Source of the DNA: Octopus bimaculoides
Lineage: Eukaryota
Length of the DNA stretch: 51,604 bases
NCBI RefSeq assembly: GCF_001194135.2
Contig: NC_068981.1
Span: forward strand, 17,535,288 to 17,586,891
Direction of reading: 5' to 3'
Below, in pieces: positions 46,941 through 51,604 of this stretch. Each line of letters starts with the position of its first letter. The stretch's first letter is position 1. The translations under genes and the position numbers were made by a program. The notes beneath the pieces were generated by a model. That model made no database searches, was not told the origin of the DNA, and saw only the letters and a list, made by a program, of their open reading frames with translations.

Positions 46941-48790
46941 GTGCTTGGCTGGAATGTTTTATTATATAGTATAATATAGTCCAGTGCTGACTCAAAATGT
47001 GGGGTTATTTGTCATTTCTATTGGTAAACCATTGAAAGGTTGATCCCTTAGCATTTCTTTGCTCAATTTTTGTCTTCATATCGCCTCCAATAATTTTATC
47101 ATTGTGTTTGAGAATTACTTTAGATAGATCAGTGAGATTGTGATGAGCATGAATCGTCTCTTGCTCATTTGTTGCATATGTGGGACATTAGCATGAGTTT
47201 ACAGTTATGCTTGAATTCACATTAAACGAAGCAGTCACTATACGAGGAGTGTTACTTACACCTGAATTGAATGCTTTGTAAGCCCTTGGACTTAGAAGTA
47301 ACCATACACCTCTGAGATCTGAATTGTTTCCAGCATTTTCTGCTAAACTCGTTAGCGTTTGGCAAGCTGGCAAGTTAGAAAACTTGCGAGTGGATTTCAG
47401 CGCATATGGATTTAGCTCTTAACAAAGTACTCCCGATATATAAAAATTGTATCCACGACCTCTAATCAGATGTCATTCCCGAAGATGCTTGGCTCAATGT
47501 AAAGGTGACCTGGTGCAGGAATAAACAAAAGTGTTATTTTCTTCAAGATGGTTGTGAGACCAAGTGCAACACTTACAAGCATGCAAGCTAAACAACAAAA
47601 CTGGCATCGTCTGTGCAAAGCTGCTTTTCAATCAATCTTCTACATGTCTTAGAAGTACAGTTGAATCTCTTTAGGCTAAAGACCTTTCTTGTTGCTCAAT
47701 GCCTTAAGTAGATGTGTGGCGGTATGCTTTGCGATGCTTCTCTATTTTCAGTAGCCATCCATCCATCCATCCATCCATACATACATACATACATACATAC
47801 GTACATACGTACATAAGTACGTACATACATACATACATACATACGTACGTACGTTCGTACAAGTATTTACTAACATGAAATGCCAAAATGAATGCGTACG
47901 TGTATCTACAGATGGGTGTATTTGTGTGTGTGTGTGCGCGTCTGTGTAGTGCGCGTGGTGTGTGTGTAGTGTGCGTGGTGTGTGTGAATAGATCGATAGA
48001 TAGATAGATAGACAGACAGACAGATACATACATACATACATTGACAGATAGAGAGAGAGAGACAGACAGACAGACAGACTTTGAAGAAAAATAATCACAC
48101 ACACTCATGTACACGTGCTCAAGCAAAGGAAGTTAGTAGCGCATGAGAGCATGTGCGCACATGTGTATGTTTGCATGTGAGTGTGTGTGTGTGTGTGTAC
48201 GTGCGTCCATGTGTACGTGCGTCCATGTGTGCGTGTGTATACGTGCGTCCATGTGTGTGTGCGTATGTGTGTGTGTATGTATGTGTTATATTGGCATTGA
48301 ACCACCTGTAGTTCCTAAGTCTAGGTTCTTGTTCTGTCCAATGTCAAGTCTTAGCGTGCAGAATTATGAGCAAAGTCATTGTCGACCAGCTAAAGACGTC
48401 AGCCAAATTTTCCTTAAATCACACCTTCCGGTCTTAGGAAAAGCTCTGTGAATGAGCGAGAAAAACGTTCCTTTTTTTTTATCTCATCCTATCGTCCTGT
48501 TTTAGCTTGTTATGCCATGTTGGGCATAGCCCGAGGATTGCATGAAGGTACCAGACGTGTTTTAAAATGTTATCCGGGATGTTTTCATCGCATGAAACTG
48601 TTAGTAAGTCATAAAAATATATATTGTGTTTACTAGATAATATTTATCTCTCACCAGATTGAGTACTCTTTTTTTTTTTTTTTTTTTTTGTTAATCTTAC
48701 CATCACGGAAGAGTACACTAGATAGATTGAGAGAGAGAGAAAGAGAGAGGGGGAGTGAGAGAGGGGGGAGTGAGAGACAGACAGACAGAC

Positions 48791-48890
48791 AGGCAATCAG
48801 ACAGACAGACAGGCAATCAGACAGATAGACAGGCAATCAGACAGACAGACAGGCAATCAGACAGTCAGACAGGCAATCAGACAGATAGAC
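48791..48890. repeat. 20-bp higher-order minisatellite, 5 units
   Basis: aggcaatcagacagacagac-type units derived from (GACA)n. Confidence 0.9.
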
Positions 48891-49320
48891 AGGCAGGCAG
48901 GCAGATCTGTGTTCTGTCCTTAATGTATAAGCATACATCGTTGACTAGCAAGTTACTGCGGTATTTGTCAAGAGATAACATCTCTTATGGATGTGTTGTG
49001 TTAAAATAGAAAAAAAATATTTATAGGAGGAAGGTGAAAATTGTCATAACAGCGGCTTAACGAGAATGCTATAAGCATTTCACTCTAGTTGAGACTTGTC
49101 AGTGACGTGACGGATTTTTATTCAGCCACGATATCGGTGAATGTTTTATTCACTGTTTCCATTATAAGAAGTGACAATTCTAAGCATGTGGCTGGCTATC
49201 AGTGCACACATTGATAAGATTCAAATGGCTCGAAATGCATCTCTTTCAATTTCTTTAAAATATAGCCATTTTTGTTTCTGTGCATGTGCTGTAAAACAGG
49301 AAAGAAATCACAATGGAAAA

Positions 49321-49437
49321 CACATCTGCTTTTATACTTAGTAGAAATAAGACATCCGAAATATTTTAGAAAGTTTAAGGTGATTTCTTTTGTACCGTAA
49401 ACCATTTGCCATTTCTGTGGTGTTTCCCTTCCCTTGG
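49321..49437 (+). repeat. second copy of the internal segment at 46790-46900
   Basis: cacatctgctt..aagtttaaggtgatttcttttgt..cgtaaaccattt.ccatttctgtggt..cccttcccttgg is present in both. Confidence 0.85.
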
Positions 49438-49793
49438 TGATCAGCGATGTATCACCACATCTGATAGTCTTGTCGATGAGTGATTCAGTGGTATACATAC
49501 ATACGCACACACATGCACTCACACACAAACGCGCACACACATACACGCACGTACACACACACACACACATACATACATACATATCCAAGGATCGGAGTGT
49601 GAGAAGAAAGTTAGCTTCGTCAAATCCGTAGTAAATATAAACAACAACTTCCAGAGACAATAGCAGTTTATTGAGACAGAAAGGTTGTGGATTTTTTCTT
49701 ATCGAAGTACGATAAATTGAAAAAAACAGTTCTTTATATTTCACGGTAGGCAACCAGGGTTGCCGAGTATGCGAATAAGAATACAAGAATTAA

Positions 49794-50166
49794 GGAATGG
49801 AGTAGACAGTATCAGGGCTACATATTTCATTGCGACCGGAACCGTGGAAGCGGTTAATATCCAAGCGAGGTATACCGCAAGCTACTCTCCAGGCTATGGA
49901 TATCTTGATTAAATGAAAGTTTACATTGTTGCAAGGAGTAACATGTTAACACATGGAAGATTCAATCAGAATGTGATTGAATTTTTTCTGATTAAATCTT
50001 CCATGTGGTAACATATACCTCCTTGTGACAATGTAAACTTTCATTCAATCAAGATATCCTTGGCTTGGAGAGTAACCTGCGATATACACCTCGCTTGGAC
50101 ATTTACCACTTCGAGGTTCCGCTCGCTATGAAACATATGTAGTCCAGATCTTATCTACTCCATTCC
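49794..50166. mobile_element. 373-bp foldback MITE with TTAA TSD and GG..CC ends (Kolobok-like)
   Basis: TTAA(49790-93)|ggaatggagtag...ctactccattcc|TTAA(50167-70). Arms of ~180 bp are roughly 80-85% complementary by eye. Confidence 0.85.
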
Positions 50167-50203
50167 TTAACTCGTGCGTATGCGTGTGTGTTGATGGATG
50201 TAC

Positions 50204-50252
<49 letters not shown>

Positions 50253-50759
50253 CATCGAGTGAGAGAGGGAAGTGCGTATATGTGTGTATGGATACTTAGA
50301 TGGACAGATGGATGTACATCATTTCACAAGTTATATTATAGTGTCGTGACATAATTATGACTATGAGAAATTGGAAGAAAATACTTTCGTCTTCTAACAT
50401 TATATTTGTGAAAAGAGACAGGTTAAGAAAGAAGCCTAAAGAATAATCGATTATTCCAAGTAACAATTCTGAAGGAAAGATATGACCTTAAGTGAAGTTA
50501 ATATACAATAATACGTTGATACTTCACAGTCATACTGAAGCAACTTACTTCATTTATAGTCAAGCGTTATATTATCATGTCATTACTCTTGGTTGTCCCG
50601 TCTGTTAGCTTAAAAGATAATTATACTCGAGTATATATCATTAACTAGAAAACCGTCATGATATGTTGGGGCAATACGATGTTTGTATAACAGCCAAGGA
50701 TGAATCAACCAATGAGTCATTGCGTGGCTAGAAATGACAGTGAAAATTTTTCCTTAAAT

Positions 50760-50845
50760 CAGTGTTTCTCAAACTATCTCATGTGGCGTACCGGCAGTTT
50801 TTTTTTTCTCTTTCTTTTCCAGTGTGCCAGGGACCGGTAATATTT
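50760..50845 (+). mobile_element. hAT MITE 5' terminus
   Basis: cagtgtttctcaaact..gtggcgtaccggcag; no matching right end seen. Confidence 0.5.
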
Positions 50846-51184
50846 CTTAGTAATATTAATTGATACCGGAAACAATATATATAATGGATATAATAAAAGT
50901 TGACAATTTTTTTTGTCAAGAAGAAGAAGAAGAAGAAGAAGAAGAAAGCGAATAGAAGGAAGAATTATTTGACTAGATTAAGATTGTAGAGTTAGTTATA
51001 CACGGCAAGTTGGCGCGATCGAGTAAGAAACAAATTGCGCCAATACTAACCAATCAGAGTAGTGGACACAACGAGATCCAAATAGCGACCAAATGCTAGC
51101 TGTTCCTTGCTACGTTCGAATGCACGTATACATAATAAATGGGAGAGAGGAATTTCACCTGAGTCTACGCTACAAAGATATTGA

Positions 51185-51280
51185 TCCCAGTACTTGAATA
51201 GCACTTCAGTTGATTGACCCCGGTAGCTTGACATGTAAAGTTGACTTCTGCGTGATTTGAATTTAGAACGTAAAGGGCTT
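51185..51280 (-). mobile_element. degenerate SINE family B
   Basis: gatcccagtacttg..ttgacccc..taaagttgac..atttgaatttagaacgtaaag. Confidence 0.55.
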
Positions 51281-51604
51281 ATAGGAAAGTGGGTTATACA
51301 TCATTAGATGTACACCTGACTTTCCTATATTAAATTAAGAATTATGAACGGAACGCTGAACTCCAGACTATCAACACAAACAATATTTATTCAAGGTGGA
51401 AACTATACATCTTTAATCTTGTTTGTTGAGACGTCTTCGGTGTGTCAGAACATGGTTGTTGGGACGTTGGTATATTGATGTGAGCTGTCTAGCGTGAGTG
51501 CGAAAGATGGAGAGACAGCTAGACACGTCCTTGCTCAATCGCTGGCCAGCAAGAAAGAGATCGATCAAAGCGGGAAAGCTTGGTTGTTGAATTCCACGCA
51601 TGCG

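Larger units (their letters stand above)
44150..47550 (-). mobile_element. nearly complete but decayed RTE-type LINE ORF2 (endonuclease + RT) with nested insertions
   Basis: Collinear motifs: GVWLLLSPRAYKAFNS..PRIVTASFN..SITVNSC; KHNDKIIGGDM; YIIINNKK; ATVNEIAGRKK; GKAPGLDNI; FRGISLSVIAAK; DTDYADDIAL; KYLGLWIES; ECWTLTK; YVGHCWRS. Confidence 0.82.

Overview
AT-rich, repeat-dominated eukaryotic genomic DNA with many assembly gaps. The SINE repertoire and the very high (TA)n/(TG)n/(GATA)n load point to an octopus genome (inference from family knowledge, not from a search). I find no host protein-coding gene I can support. The window is either intergenic or a large intron. It contains four tRNA-headed SINE families (labelled A-D here), decayed LINEs (a nearly complete RTE-type ORF2 at ~44.2-47.6 kb, plus CR1/L2-like and L1/Tx1-like remnants) and DNA-transposon relics (hAT/Buster, Tc1, DD37D-type mariner). 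It also contains several foldback or MITE palindromes. Most long ORFs in the track are artefacts of N-runs or microsatellites, and several short ones are LINE or transposase remnants. Best leads: (1) a well-formed type I hammerhead-ribozyme candidate with an unusually long helix II at 38229-38350; (2) a tRNA-headed SINE carrying a hammerhead-like core at 174-216; (3) SINE-B copies chained at the same head position at three junctions, one with a 67-bp duplication of the target head, suggesting self-targeted, homology-assisted insertion; (4) four unrelated palindromes with TTAA next to purine-starting arms. All alignments and folds were done by eye.
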